A DNA stretch of 64,000 nucleotides from Rhina ancylostomus (GCA_030265395.1 JARFYF010000074.1:99422846-99486845), one strand, 5' to 3'; numbered from the stretch's first letter, positions 13,001 through 25,690 are shown. Notes: generated by a model not told the origin, from the letters alone. Made by a program: numbers and translations.

Positions 13001-16000
13001 TCTTTGATTATATCCATGTGCACGTGATCCTTTCTGCCTGAATTGCATTCTACATTTTTAGATGTTGCTTTGTGCCAGACATAAATACCTGGGCTATAGA
13101 ATGCATATTAGAGTGTACATCATATGTCTGTCAAACAAAAATTTCAGTTCAAATGCCAAATACACATTTACCCTTTTTTATCAACTAGACCTCCTGCTGA
13201 TGTGATATTAGATTGAATTGTAGCAATCTTCCTCAGTGCAACACTCTTCGGAATGATTCCCTATATTTCAGGAGAATCATTTCAATCATAAAAGTGTTGA
13301 TTAAGAATTAAGAAATTGGTGGATGTGGAGAATTGTTGAGTGTTAGCTCGTGATGATTATTCCACAACCTTAGCTGTCAGCTTGTCAAAAAGGTGGCAAT
13401 GAGTGGGGAAAAAATTCATTTCCTCACATGGAGAAAGCAAAGATCCCACGTGTTTCCCGCAGCTGTCATTTCCAGAGTCAGAAAAGTTGTGATATAGGTC
13501 ACCCATATTTACTCTCAGCATAAGAGACAGAAATAATGTGGGACAAACCTTGATGAAAAAAAATCAGGACATATAAGGCATTTCCAATAGCAAAGTTAAA
13601 GTAAAATTATAGTTGACCTCAGGGCCATTGACTGAAATTAATAACTAGCAAAATGATGACATAAAATCCAAGACAATATTTGCCTTGGGAAAGATACAAA
13701 TTAATCTTTTATTTTTAATATTAATACAGTTTTTGGAAAGCTACCTTCACCACAGAATGTGAAAATGCATTCCATCAATTTTAAGAATATACTCCAATGG
13801 AGCCCAGTTACTTATCACAAAGAAAATGTTCATTATTCAGTTGAATATCAAAGGTGAGTGATATAACAATTCCTTATCATAATTACAGTAGTAATTGGTT
13901 GCTCTCTTAAATATAAATGTCGTGGTTATGAGAGACCAAAAGAGATTAAAAAGTGAGGAACTAGGAAATAGAGCTAAAGAGATGTTTCTAGAAGGCTTAT
14001 TAATTTTTCTTTCAATATTATAACTACAATGAGAAAACACAGAAATCAACATTGAAGGAAAGCATAGTATCTTAGTCTATGATTTCTGTTCAGCTTTGGC
14101 TCACTATTAGTACTTCCCCTATAGAAGGCTGTGGGTTCAGAAATTTGAGCACATAACCTAGGCTACAATACTTCAACAGTGTAATGCCTCCTCAACACTC
14201 TGGTGAAGACGTCTTTTCTTTAAGATATTAAGCCAAGGCCCAGTTATGCTCTCAGGTGAATGTAAAATTAATATGAAAGAAAACAAGGGCTATCTTCCCA
14301 GTATTCTGCCAACATTTGGTCTTGAACTGTACTGCTGTTTGCAAGGATTAATTGCAAAATGAGTTTGAGCAATGAGGGATACAGATTCAAAACCTTTCAT
14401 CATTCAACACCAATGACCACTGACTTGATAGTTTACTTAGAGAGGCATGTTGAAGAATTTTTGTAAAAAAAACCTTCCCACTTAGATTTATCTCACTGTC
14501 TGTTCATCACCACTGTTCCAAACATCTGGAGCACCCTACAATCAGCACTACTGGAGTACTATCACATCAGCTGTTCAAAAGGAAGACTCACCTCCACTTT
14601 CTCAAGCTAGCCAATGAGGAAATAAAAGTGCTGGACTTGTCAGGAGAGACAATTTCCTGATCTACTCTTTGTTAAAAAGCAAGAAATTAACTTATCTATA
14701 TCCAATATATCATTTGGCTAGTCTATCAGAGCACTGAGCAGAGTAATTGCTCTCACCTTGATGTGATTAACAGAATTGTCGCATGTATCATGATAGCTAC
14801 CAATGTACATTGTGGTGAAATAATTGTCTGAATCATTTTATTAGCTACTACAACAATCAGTATAAACAAGAGCCTCTTGAGAAAGGCTGCACAAACATCA
14901 GCATCACAGAATGTGACTTGTCGAATGAACTGGCCACCACGATTGGTTATTACCTGCGTGTAAGAGCTGAATGCAAAGACGAGACATCTGAATGGACCAA
15001 TGTCACAGAGTTTGAACCTTATGATGACAGTAGGATTAATTCTTTCCACTTGATTTATCTTGAAAGTTGTTTTGTCCCCAATTTCCTTTATGCTTCACCA
15101 ATGTTCCTTTGTTATGCAGCTGAAATTGGACCTCCTACGGCAGTTATTGTGAAGCCAAGGCTGGATATGTTCGATATCCACATCTCTGAGCCTGTAAATG
15201 AAAATGACAATAAATCTATGCATGAATATTTTACAGACTTGGGTTATAAAGTGTTCTACTGGGAAGATGCAGAGGAAAAAAAGGTAAATTTCATAGACTG
15301 AGAACTAAGTTAAACATTTTGTTTAAAGGGAGAATTATAAATTCCAGTCAGTTAAAATGGTATAATACCTGCCCTTTTATCTCTTCCCTTTCCACCATCC
15401 AATGACCCAAACATTCCTTACAGATGATGCAGAAATTCACTTGTATTTCTTTCACTATAGTGTATTGCACTCAGTGCTCACAATATGATCTCCCCTACAT
15501 TAGAGAAACCAAACACAGTGTGACTGCTTTATTAGAATACCTCAGTTTGGCCTGCAAGGGTTACCGTGAGTTTCTAGTTGAATGTCACTTATTTAATCCA
15601 TCCTACTCCCACTCTGATCTCTCTGACTTAGGTCTCTTCCACTCTTTCAATGAAACTCAGAACAAACTCAAGGGACATTGATCTTCCCTCTAGGCATAAA
15701 GGACTCTATGCTGAATTCAGCAATTTCAGCTAACCAGCCTTTCCAGTTTGTGTCAGAACTGGCTAGTTCTGGTGATAGAGAAGGGAATGCTAGAGATGCA
15801 CAGTTATCTGGTAGCATTTTCAATATAATGTTAATGAATGTCACCTCCTTGCAAATTTTATATCTTTATTATTTTCGCTGATGCCAAGCAATGCTCGTCC
15901 AAAGCAACTTCTCTGCAAGAAGTAAAATATCTATTACAGACCACAATAATCATCTGAATTTATGGTTGTAACTTCAGCCTAATTCAACTAATAAATGAGT

Positions 16001-19000
16001 GGGGTTCATTGTCACCAGTTGTAAACCCATTACACAGGTAGCCATATAGTTCTACCCTAGGTTGCTGATTTGTTATAGCACTCTCTGTCCTCTAGTCTTA
16101 ACAGCCACAGATAGCCGCTCATATTTGAGCTGTGCATTGCTATGATGGGAACCCTACATTCTCAGTAGTGAACAGCCACTCTGCTCACCCAGGTCTGCCC
16201 AACAACAGGCAGACTCTCCACATTGTGCAATGAGAAGGGATTCACACCAATTCTCGGCACCACTGTGTGTAGACCCAGGGCTGATAGGGATTCACACCTA
16301 GTTCCTAGCACAGCATCTCTCTATATATAAAGCTATAATGACCATTGTGTACAGAGAAAGATGCTGTGCTCCTTCAATTCGCACTCCTGTTTCTGGAAAT
16401 GTATCCTGAGCACTGAGCAAAGTACAAGTATACAGTAAAATGATGGAGCTATGGCATAATAACTGACTGCTGGGTAATTATTTTACCTTTTAGAGATTGC
16501 CAGATTTCCTCTTCATAGAACTGACACTTTGTGTAAATTATTGCTTAGTGAAGAAGACCAACAGCAGTGTTCCAGAACTTCTAAATGCACGCTTGTTCAT
16601 GCAGTTGAGCAGTAATAAGAACATGAGGAAAAAAAGTAAGATTAACAAATGAAATTTAATTCCTCTGGGCAGCTCTTTTCAATAAGTTACAGATAGTTCA
16701 CAATTATTTCACCTGCTGAGAAAGGTAGAAATTCACAGCTACATTTGATAAATTCCTAATAATTCCTTTCCTTGTCCTATAATTGATTTAAATTTCTATA
16801 ATATGAATGATAAAATCAATGATTCAAGTGAATAAATATGTAATGGGTTAACTCATCTTTTGTAAAGTAGTTTCAGATTATACCAGCACAAGATAAATTG
16901 TAACTTAAAAAAAAACTGTATTCAGTTCTGTTCATTAAACCACATGTGATGTATTAAATTGCTCATCCCATTGGAACAAGACTTTCCCTGAGTTCATCAG
17001 TCGTGTTAGGGAAGTATACTGAGAACAACTATTTCTATCGTGAGAGTGTCTTAAAAAGCTTCAATGATCCAACTTCCCATTGAAAAGCTCCATTTAATAT
17101 GCTTGATTTGATCCATCATATTATTGTTATCAGAGTCCTTTAACTATTTATCAGAGTCCTGTAACTATTTATCAGACCATTTGAATTCCCCGCAGATTGA
17201 AAGTACTTACATCCAGCAGAAGATGATAACCCTCACTAATCTGAAACCTTGGACCACCTATTGCTTGAAAGTTAAACCCTTCTTGGGTAACAGAATAACG
17301 CATTCAAGTTCAGTTACCTGTGAAACTACAAAGGACAATGGTATGATTATATTTAATTGGAATCTTCCTTCTAAAGATGTATTGTGAGATAAACAATAGT
17401 TTCTAGTCACATTATGTTTTTCTGTTGACTGAAGTTGTAGTCTGCTCTGCTATTGTTAAGTCAGTTACTCACAGTCAATGTGTTTTTGCAGTTGAGGTGA
17501 ATCACTGGAACTATTCAGAAGAAGGCCATCTGGACCCCCAACCAGATTTCATATTTAAACCAACACTATCAGAATCAAATTAATGTGAAATCTGTCCATT
17601 TATTGCTTCTCAAACTTTGCTGTGTGAAAATTAGGTATGAATGTAACAAATAGAAGCAGGATTAGGCCTTGAATTTAAAGTGATAGAGTAATACTGCATG
17701 GAAACTGGCCCTTCAGACCAGCTCATCCACGCTGACCAAGATACCCATTTAAGCCCGTCCCATTTGTCTGCATTTGGCCCATATTCCTCTAAATCTTTCC
17801 TATCCATATACCTGTACAAGTGGTTGTTAAATGTCCTGAGAATGTGATTAACTACTAAATTAATGCAACTTCTTTTCCCTTCTTATAGTAGCCCATGACT
17901 GTACTATAATTATAACAGAAATTGGGCATTCTATAGTGCAGAAGTGTATAGCAATTAACAAGTTGCATTTATATAGTTCTTTTAACAAATACATTACTCA
18001 AGGTGCCTTTGTGAGACATAAATGGGCAGAAGTAGGTGGTGAAGCCACAAAGCAAAGATTAGGTGCAGTGGTAGGACAGGATAACTAAAAGCTCGGTCAA
18101 AGAGATGGGCCTTAAATAGAAGTGAATGTAAAAATTCAGGGAGGGAATTCAAGTTTGAGGCCTAGGAAATTTAAGACCAGCAAAGGATGGTGTTGCAAAA
18201 GAGAGCAAAGTCAGAGAAACACAGATGTGTATTACACAGAAATTATAGGAGTAGATTTAATTACAGAGGTAACAAGGTACAAGGCCATGAAAGGATTAAA
18301 CATTATATTAGTCCAGATCTTTCAACCAGCAGTGAGCAGCTTACAATCACTGTTGACCTTGGGGTTAATCCCAATCTCACAACTTTTATCTTCATTACTA
18401 TGATTTTGGATCCTTTCAAAAGCTTTGTGTTCAAATGTCAGTTTTCACTGACTAAAGTGAAATTGTTTTTTGTGCTTGCAGGTAGATTTGCAGTGTGGAA
18501 GATCATTGTGAGTTTTCTTGCATCATTTTTTGTTGTCTTTCTTGTGATCATTGGCATTTTCTATGCATCACTTCATGGATACAGAACCATCCGATATATT
18601 TTCTTTCCTTCCTTCAAACTTCCTGAACACATAAAAGAGGTACGTGTTCCACCAATCATCAATTCTTATTTCTGATTTACAGCCCATCAAACTTAATGCA
18701 AATCATCTTGGTGGATGTAATCAAATTCCTGCTATCTTCTTCAAGGTGAGTGACTTCAGGATGAGGAGGTGACAGAGATGATTGATGAGGGTAGGGCAGC
18801 AGATGATGTATGCACGGACTTTACTGAAGCTTTCGACAAGGTCCCTCATGATAGGCTAATCCAGAAGATTAAGACACATGGGATCCATGGAGACATGGTA
18901 AATTGGATTCAAAATTGACTTGGTCATTGAAGACAGTGGGTAGTGGTGGAGGGGTGTTATTCTGACTGGAGGTCTGCAACAATTGGTGTTCTGTAAGGAT

Positions 19001-21012
19001 CACTGCTGGGATCTTTGTTGTTTGTGATATTTATGAACAATTTGGACAAAAATGTAAGTGGGCTGATTAGTAACTTTTCAGATAACACACAAATTCTTGG
19101 AGTTCTGGACAGTGAGGAAGGTTGTCAAAGGATTCAACAGGATATAGACCAGTTGGAAGTATGGCAAGGGAATGGCATGGAGTTTAATCCAGACAAGTGT
19201 GAGGTGTTGCACTTTGGGAAGTCAAATGTAAGAGGAAAGTATACAGTAAATGACAGGACCCTTGGGAGCATTGTTGTACAGAGGGATCTTGGGGTGCAAA
19301 TCCATAGTTTCCTGAAAACAACAACACAAGTAAATAGGGTGGTTAAGAAAACACATGGCATCTGGTAACACTGTGATATAGGCTGAGGGTTTGTCCTCAG
19401 ATAATCCACACTTTTGCCCAGCTGTTGCAAAAGCCCCACATGTATCCTGCACATGCAAAGAAATTCCATTACTTCCATAAAAATTATGAAAATTTCTACC
19501 CATAATTACTTTGATAGCTGCTGGTTGTATTAGACCACATTTTAAAAGTAGTGTGTCTGGGATGTGAAACTTGTCACTGTCACCGTTGGCAAACAGTAGA
19601 TTTCTTCAGACTGACTTCATGCTTGTTGCTTCAGTACTTAAAACACCAGATATAGGGTGAGGTAGGAAAAGTAGGATGTTTACCCTTGATCAGCAGCACC
19701 AAGCTCTGGAAGAGACTTGATTGTCAGTTGGAGTGTAATGTTGGAGAAAATGGACCTGAGTATGCAGGGTTGAGTGCACTTAAAGCTTGTACTCTCCCAT
19801 GAGTTACATGCTAACAAGCAAAGACAATTTTCTCTTCTGGAGCAAGCAATACATTGATCCCATGGGATTCCTTCATGAAAAGAGCTAAGAATGTGAATGT
19901 ATCAGCCATTGTGTGTCAATGGTATCCCACAAATAGCAATGAGCACCTTTGCTTTTTGTTTAGTTCAATAATTTCAAATAGAGCTTCCTAAACATGAATA
20001 AACACATGATAGAAAATTTACAACACAGGAGGTTATTCAGCCCATGTTGTCTGTGTTGGTTGGAGAAAGAGCTACCTGACCTAATCCAACTTTCCAGCAC
20101 TAGGTCCATAATTTTGCAGGTCACAACTCTTCAAGTGCATGCCCAAGGACATTTTAAATGTGATGAAGGTTTCTGCATCTACCACCCTTTCAGACAGTGA
20201 GTTCCAAGCCCCTACTACCCTCCGGGTGATTTTCTCTTTCCTTTATCCCTCTTCTAATTGCTATACTAGTTTTTCTTTGATTTCTTTGCTATAGGAAATA
20301 GTTTCTGCCTACTGATCCTGGCCCCTTGAATTCTTAGACAGTATGCCTTAAGTTTCTCTTAGCATCTTCTGTTCCAAAGAAAATAACCCTAAGTTATCCC
20401 AACTTTCCATATACCTACAATTTTCCCGTGCGGGCATCATCCTTTTAAATCTCCTTTTGCATCTTTGCACCAATCACATCTTTCTTGAAATGTGATAACA
20501 AACAAATAATTGTAAATTTCTCAAATAAGTATTCCATCATCCAATAAAATCTCTATATATCTTCACTTTAAATATGGACATCTCATTGCTTTCTAGATTC
20601 CTAACTTCCACCTTGATAGTATGTGTGCTCACTTTTATCCCAGAAAAAAGTAGTAAATCATCTCTAATGTGTATGTTTTTTGGGAGCTTTATGTTTACAG
20701 CTTAATTGGGAATGACTCCTCTTAACCGCTTTTTTTTTATTAAATGCACAGTACCTGAAAGAACCTACATTGAATTCTCCATTCCTGCCACCTCAGACTC
20801 AAAACCTGCCTGAAGAATGTTTTGACAAATTAAATTTTATTTCAGATGTACAAGAATGTTTTGACAATACAGAATGTGACATTACTATAAAATTGGATAT
20901 GCTTGAGATGTACACCTTAAAGAAAGAAAGTGAAGACAAAAAGAAACAGGCACAAAATAATAACACCAATCTTTATGCAAGAGTGCAAACACTACCAAAG
21001 AGTGCTCTGTGA
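6724..21012 (+). CDS. IL10RB: Interleukin-10 receptor beta-like class II cytokine receptor, 7 coding exons, 364 aa: join(6724-6781,13730-13853,14845-15029,15120-15283,17196-17340,18482-18639,20752-21012)
   Basis: All introns are GT-AG with phases 1,2,1,0,1,0, and the exons sum to 1095 nt in one open frame. Motifs LPSPQNVKMHSINFKNILQW, ECDL, YLRVRAE..SEW, IGPP, NLKPWTTYCLKV, TM, LPEHIKEYL and FDKL closely resemble mammalian IL10RB (NVRMNSVNFKNILQW, LRVRAE, LEPWTTYC, LPQHLKEFL, FDKL). Confidence 0.85.
8100..8750 (-). mobile_element. CR1 LINE 3' portion
   Basis: Decayed ORF2 C-terminus (DRVDREKRFP, FKKYVDEHL, GIEGYG) and 3' UTR. Confidence 0.75.
9035..9185 (-). mobile_element. CR1 3' terminal fragment
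   Basis: cagcatggaagcaggtccttcagcccaactcatccatgctgac, also seen at 17690 and 23480. Confidence 0.6.
9237..9435. repeat. Head-to-head pair of Penelope-associated short repeats
   Basis: caggcagcatctg...aacgtttcagg followed by the reverse-oriented tgaaacatt...cagatgcagcctgacctg...ccagcatctgcag. Confidence 0.55.
9716..9802 (+). repeat. 30-bp tandem repeat, about 3 copies
   Basis: Unit aattgattgaatttgagctttatttcaatt. Confidence 0.9.
10190..10530 (+). mobile_element. L2-type LINE 3' remnant
   Basis: Decayed SLNWLPL...KILILL motif and ctcctcctttaaactactacttaaa, typical of L2 ends. Confidence 0.45.
12740..12990 (+). mobile_element. CR1 3' end
   Basis: VVEAGILTIFKKNLDKHLNCQGIEGYGP followed by a CR1 3' UTR. 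Confidence 0.7.
13730..13853 (+). CDS. IL10RB: IL10RB-like exon 2 (FnIII D1, first part)
   Basis: tacag acceptor; VFGKLPSPQNVKMHSINFKNILQWSPVTYHKENVHYSVEYQ; donor ag|gtgagt. Confidence 0.92.
14085..14330 (+). mobile_element. Deu-domain SINE-like remnant
   Basis: gaaggctgtgggttcag...ttgagcacataacctaggct...gatattaagccaaggccc...ctctcaggtgaatgtaaaa; related head at 54435-54500. Confidence 0.45.
14845..15029 (+). CDS. IL10RB: IL10RB-like exon 3 (FnIII D1, second part)
   Basis: ttag acceptor; YYNNQYKQEPLEKGCTNISITECDLSNELATTIGYYLRVRAECKDETSEWTNVTEFEPYDD; donor a|gtagga. Confidence 0.9.
15120..15283 (+). CDS. IL10RB: IL10RB-like exon 4 (FnIII D2, first part)
   Basis: tgcag acceptor; EIGPPTAVIVKPRLDMFDIHISEP...YKVFYWEDAEEKK; donor aag|gtaaat. 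Confidence 0.92.
15370..15735 (+). mobile_element. Penelope-like element GIY-YIG endonuclease remnant
   Basis: FTC.S..IVYCTQCSQ..LPYIRETK...VECHLFNPSYSHSDLS.LGL matches the PLE CxxC/YIGET/HFN pattern. Confidence 0.7.
17128..17176 (+). repeat. Short tandem repeat (about 21-22 bp, 2.4 copies) just before IL10RB exon 5
   Basis: ttatcagagtcct(t/g)taactatt repeated. Confidence 0.8.
17196..17340 (+). CDS. IL10RB: IL10RB-like exon 5 (FnIII D2, second part)
   Basis: cgcag acceptor; IESTYIQQKMITLTNLKPWTTYCLKVKPFLGNRITHSSSVTCETTKDN; donor g|gtatga. Confidence 0.92.
18482..18639 (+). CDS. IL10RB: IL10RB-like exon 6 (transmembrane helix and box1 region)
   Basis: tgcag acceptor; RFAVWKIIVSFLASFFVVFLVIIGIFYASLHGYRTIRYIFFPSFKLPEHIKE; donor gag|gtacgt. 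Confidence 0.92.
18740..19362 (+). mobile_element. CR1 RT fragment
   Basis: DFTEAFDKVPH, LFVIFMNNLD, ISNFSDNT, MEFNPDKCEVLHFG, QRDLGVQIH. Confidence 0.85.
20005..20495 (-). mobile_element. CR1 3' remnant
   Basis: Similar to the minus-strand CR1 ends at 8100-8600 and 54540-55000. Confidence 0.55.
20752..21012 (+). CDS. IL10RB: IL10RB-like exon 7 (cytoplasmic tail to TGA)
   Basis: poly-T tract plus cacag acceptor; YLKEPTLNSPF...EECFDKLNFIS...NLYARVQTLPKSAL*. Confidence 0.88.
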   Translation, partial: YLKEPTLNSPFLPPQTQNLPEECFDKLNFISDVQECFDNTECDITIKLDMLEMYTLKKESEDKKKQAQNNNTNLYARVQTLPKSAL

Positions 21013-21884
21013 GTAAATCAAAGCTGGAGAATTATCTGGAGGAGATGGCACCAACCAATTATCCTCTATTGCTGGTAATATCAAAAATACATAGGATGAA
21101 ACTCTAATTCAAACAACACCAGAAAGTGATATATTTATTTCTTCCTAAGAAGATTTTGAGAGGGGTTTTGGTAAATTCTTTGTTGCAATTGTTAAACTTC
21201 CCTCCTTAATCAAGGGATATTTACTGTTGTGAATATTAACTGGGATTTAACTTGATTTTAAATAAAACTGGAAACTTTATAAAGTCGATAGAAAAGGAAA
21301 AAATGAACTGAATAATTATATTGCAATTCTTATACCTGAGCAATATTTCTATCAATTACTCCACTACAGTTAAGTCTACATTTATAATGCAAACTGTCTA
21401 TGTAAACTTGACTTGCTATAACTATATCTTCTAACAAATGGAGGCACTACAAGCCATAAAGTGCAATTGCAGTGTGTTAAGCTTATGCAGGAAGTTTTAT
21501 CATAGATATGAAGCAAAAATTTATAGTGGAAAATTAGATTAAGAATAGAAGGTGTGCATTTTAAATGCAGAAATTAAGTGCATAGAAGTTACAATGCAGA
21601 AGTATTTCAGCCAAGTTTGCTGTTTAGGCATTTGTCAAGTAAATATTCTGGATAACATTTATCCACATGGTTTTTCTGTCCTTTTATTCATTTTTCCTTC
21701 AGCCAATGATTCAAGCTGGAATGTTAACTGTCTGCCTCAATAGATGAATTCCACATCTTTTTACACAGAGCGGTTTTTCCTGCTCTCTGAACTAATTTTG
21801 CCACTTTTAATCTTCTATCTATGCTCCCTTGCTTCAGACCTCTCATCTACTAGAAATTGTCTGTGCTTATCAATGCTGTCTGCT

Positions 21885-22030
21885 TCTTTTATCATTTTAT
21901 TCTGCATTGTTATTGTTTTTACCCTGTACTACCTCAATGCACTGTGTAGTGAATTGATCTATATGAATGGTAGGCAAGACAAGTTTTTCACTGCTCCTTG
22001 GTACAAGTGACAATAATAAACCAATACCAT
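21885..22030 (+). mobile_element. Rex1-family 3' tail
   Basis: ttttattctgcattgttattg...gtacaagtgacaataataaaccaatacca; same tail at 34195-34267 and inverted at 50080-50200. Confidence 0.65.
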
Positions 22031-24330
22031 TAGTTGGAACATTGCTAGTAATTTTTGAAAATACAAATGAACCTGTTCCTCAACTAATGAGCAGCTTGTG
22101 CTCCCTGACATTTCTCCAAAGGGTTCCAGAAGGTGGATGCAGCCCAATTCTGTGGCTCAGATTAAAGTCTCCAAGTTTTCCTGCAATTTCATTCCATCTC
22201 ACACTATAGGCCTGTAGCACAGTTCATGATTATCAGACAGAACACTTCCTGTTTTTCCCATGTCTTTTTTTTTGAAGAGCGTTCTTTCATAAAAGCTGAG
22301 ATTTAATTTCATCTCCATATGAAGACAGTCTAGATATTCAATCAGTTCTGCTGCAAGGTTTCAAATTTCCATTTAATTCTGATAAATTGGAATAAGCATA
22401 ATTTCTATGCATGTTCTGCATTTCATATTAAGATAGTCTGATTTAAGAAGAATTAATTTTTCTGTGTGAGCATTGTGTTTTGGGACTGATATATACATAA
22501 ACTTAAGTCCAATCATCCTGATACAATGAGGCAAGACAAGGGAGGTTAGTATTGATCCAACCAAATGCAAATCAGATTGATTTCTGGCAGAAAGTAATAT
22601 TTTGGGCTACATCATGTTCAAAGGGTGAAATGTGGTGAGTGAAGATATCTGGGAGGAACAGAGGACATTGGACCTTTGGGTCCCAAAGCTCCTTTCCCCC
22701 AGGACCTTCATTACTTCATGTCTGGGTGTCCAAGAGATTTATTAGCAAAGATTGATCACTAGGACTTAGCAATGCTCCAGGATGTTAGTTGTGGAATATT
22801 TCTTATTCATTTACAGGTTAAGGTGATCACCAACAGGACCATCATTTATTATACATTTCTAACTGCATTTGGTGATGCACCTCGAGATGCTGAGATCGTC
22901 TGGTGAAGGAGCTCCCACAGTGATGTTGGGTAGACAGTTCCAAACTTTAGATCATTTCTAATGAAGGAACGGCAAATTATTTTCCAAGTCACAATGGTGT
23001 AGAATCTGTAAGGGAACCTGCAGAAGATGATGTTCTGATCCACCAGCTGCCCTTTGTCCTTTCAGGTGGTAGAGATCATGGGATTGGGATGTGCAGCCTT
23101 GGTAACTAACTGTAGGCATCTTAGTAATGGCATACACAGTAACCAAAGACCTCAGCTTTCCCTCATCTCCCCTGAAAAAGCTTACAACCATTGATAATGG
23201 CTCTTTGCCACATCAATACAATCGAAACGTCTCTGGACCAGAGACATTTTATTTCTTTACACTCTCTACCAATGGACTACAATTGATAACAGTGGTGCAG
23301 TTTATGCCCACGTTAACCACTCATCTCTTGTCCCAGTTTGTTCTTGGGGACAGGGTAACGCATCAAATGTACAATCACTACTTCCTGGAGACTCTCCCTT
23401 TTTGCAAGAGGTGGAAGCATTCAGTGCAGTGTAAAGGTTGATTCACATTTAGACCAAGTCAAGTCAATCATGGAGTCATAGAGCAATATACCACAGATAC
23501 AGGCCCTTCAGCCCAACCAGTCCATGTTGACCACGGTGTCCACCCAGCTAGTCCCAATTTCAGGTCCAACAAGTTATCATCCTGAAGGGTTTTGTGAAAT
23601 TGTTGAGCATTTCCAACAATCTGACAGAATTTATGGCCACGATAGTTAGTTCCAAACCACAGATTTATTGGATTCACAAGTTGCTCTTATGCTGGAAACT
23701 CGTTTTCACCACAGGCCACTCAGTCCCGTGACCTCATTATCCAACTGCTTGACAGTTATTGTTTAGTCTAGGAATCATGAGTTAATAAAATCTATACAGT
23801 ACCAAATTATTAACCTCTTTTCCTGTGAAGAGGGGTAAACCCTTTATTGCTATTCCTAAAGGATGCAGTGAGTGTTGTTCATGAATTGAACATGTGGCAC
23901 ACAGGTATGCATGAGAATTTAAACTTGAACAGTTTTGGAGAGCTCTGCCTATTACACAGATAGATACATACACTTGGGTTCTTGATATGCTCAATAATTA
24001 CTGGGCAAGTAAGTGTCCTTGTCTGCACATGTTCCTGGCTGTTGTCCAGCAGATATTCAAGAGAGTTTTGCTGAAAAGTTATCAGTCTGAAACATTTTCT
24101 CTTTTTTTCTCTCCACAGATGCTGAGCACTTCCTGCAGTTTCTGTTTTCAGTTCATTTGTTCGAGAGACTTGGTTAGTTGCGTTTCTAAAAATTTAACAC
24201 AATAATTAAATAAGATATAATATTTTCAACATTTTTTGGAAAGAGCAGAGAAAGTTTCAAGTTGTGAGCTTTGGAGAGTTGAGTGTGCTCCAAATAGACT
24301 TTTCAAACCCTCCTTCTGTCTGTAAGCTTA

Positions 24331-24452
24331 GTAATGTTGTACCTGTCAGGCAATACCTCAGTAACATTGTACCTGTCAAGTGATGCATCAATAATGTTGT
24401 ACCTGTCAGGCAATACCTCAGTAATGTTGTACCTGTCAGGCAATACATCAGG
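24331..24452 (+). repeat. 30-bp minisatellite, about 4 copies, abutting a gap
   Basis: Unit gtaatgttgtacctgtcaggcaatacctca. Confidence 0.9.
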
Positions 24453-24949
24453 TGCCNNNNNNNNNNTCCAAATCACTTACCATACAGACTGTTCTATACT
24501 CGCCTGTAGTCCAGCTATTTGTGTGGACACAGTAAATTCCTGGATTAAGCAAGTTTAAATGCTTTTTTTTGTGACATGGCAAATACTGTACAGCAGTGTC
24601 CTGATGAGATCATAGATTCTGTCACTGTCCAAACATTTCTTTTGATAAAATCAACAGGGCAAACGAGGGAGAGCGTGCAATGGAACAAAGGCCATGTGAC
24701 ATATTAACTACAACTGGAGGACAGGCACTGAATATGCGAGGGGCAGAATTACAAATAAAATATTATTGAGGACTGATAAAGGAGGGCAGCAGGTGTAAGG
24801 ACAGCAAATATCCAGTCAGGAAACACCCCGAACATAGAGAAAAAATGCCTTAAATATAAAGCCACAAAATCTTAAAACCTTCACTATAGGGAAAAAGCTC
24901 CTTAAAAGGATAAAAATGTGTAGAACACCTTAAATAGCCCTGTGATCAG

Positions 24950-25690
24950 GTCTGCATATGATAGAATATCTGGAGGGAAAGCAACTGGCAAACAAAGCAA
25001 TGGTTGTGGTTGTTGGAAGTCAATCATTCCAGCCCCAATATATCACCGCAGCTACTTCATCAATGACGATTCTTCCATCAGAAGGTCAGAAGTAGAGATG
25101 TTCACTATGTCACATTCTACTTGCATTTCCTCAGAAATTGAAGCAGCAAGCCCTGCACAGCAGCAGGCATGAGCTGATAGCAGCAAGTAACATTCATGCC
25201 AGACAAATGCCAACCACCTACCCTTGACATTCAATGGTCTTATCATTACAATCTCCCAATATCAACATCTTAGAGGAGACAATCGACTAGCAACATAAAT
25301 ACGGTGGCTGCAAGAGCAGGTCAGAGGGTGGGTATCCATGACAAGTGACTCTCCAAGCTTTTCTAACATCTACAAGACAAAAGTCAGGAGCATGAGGGAA
25401 CTCTCCTCCTGTCTGTCTAAGGGCAGCTCCAACAACTCTCAAGAACCTTGACATCATTCAGAACAAAGCATTCTAAATGTTCACTGCCTCCACTCCCTGT
25501 GCACATTGGCTGAAGAGTGTACCACAAACAACATTCACTGCAATTCCCCCGACACCACCTCCCAACTCTACCACCTCAGCTATCAGCAAGAACAACAGCA
25601 GTAAGTTCCCCACCTGTAGGTTCCCCTCCAATAACATCCTGTGTTGGAAAAGGTTGTCACTCCTTCATCATCACACCTGAATTCCTGCCC
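24950..25690 (+). mobile_element. Old CR1/L2-clade LINE remnant
   Basis: Decayed RT (FIND, IYKTKVRSMRE, TTLKNLDIIQNKA). Related pieces at 12020-12230(-), 14545-14640, 22815-23130(-), 33000-33340 and 42340-42600(-). Confidence 0.55.

Noticed and set aside
20831-20890. Internal acceptor-like ttttatttcag in IL10RB exon 7
   Set aside because: Its use would remove the conserved YLKEP/FDKL motifs and hit a stop after 14 codons; no supporting evidence
21261-21266. AATAAA as the IL10RB poly(A) signal (likewise 59071 for IFNAR1)
   Set aside because: Such hexamers are common in AT-rich DNA, and the true site cannot be chosen without transcripts
24331-24452. Regularly spaced 30-bp repeats resembling a CRISPR array (also 9716-9802)
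   Set aside because: Head-to-tail tandem units with no unique spacers, no cas genes, eukaryotic context
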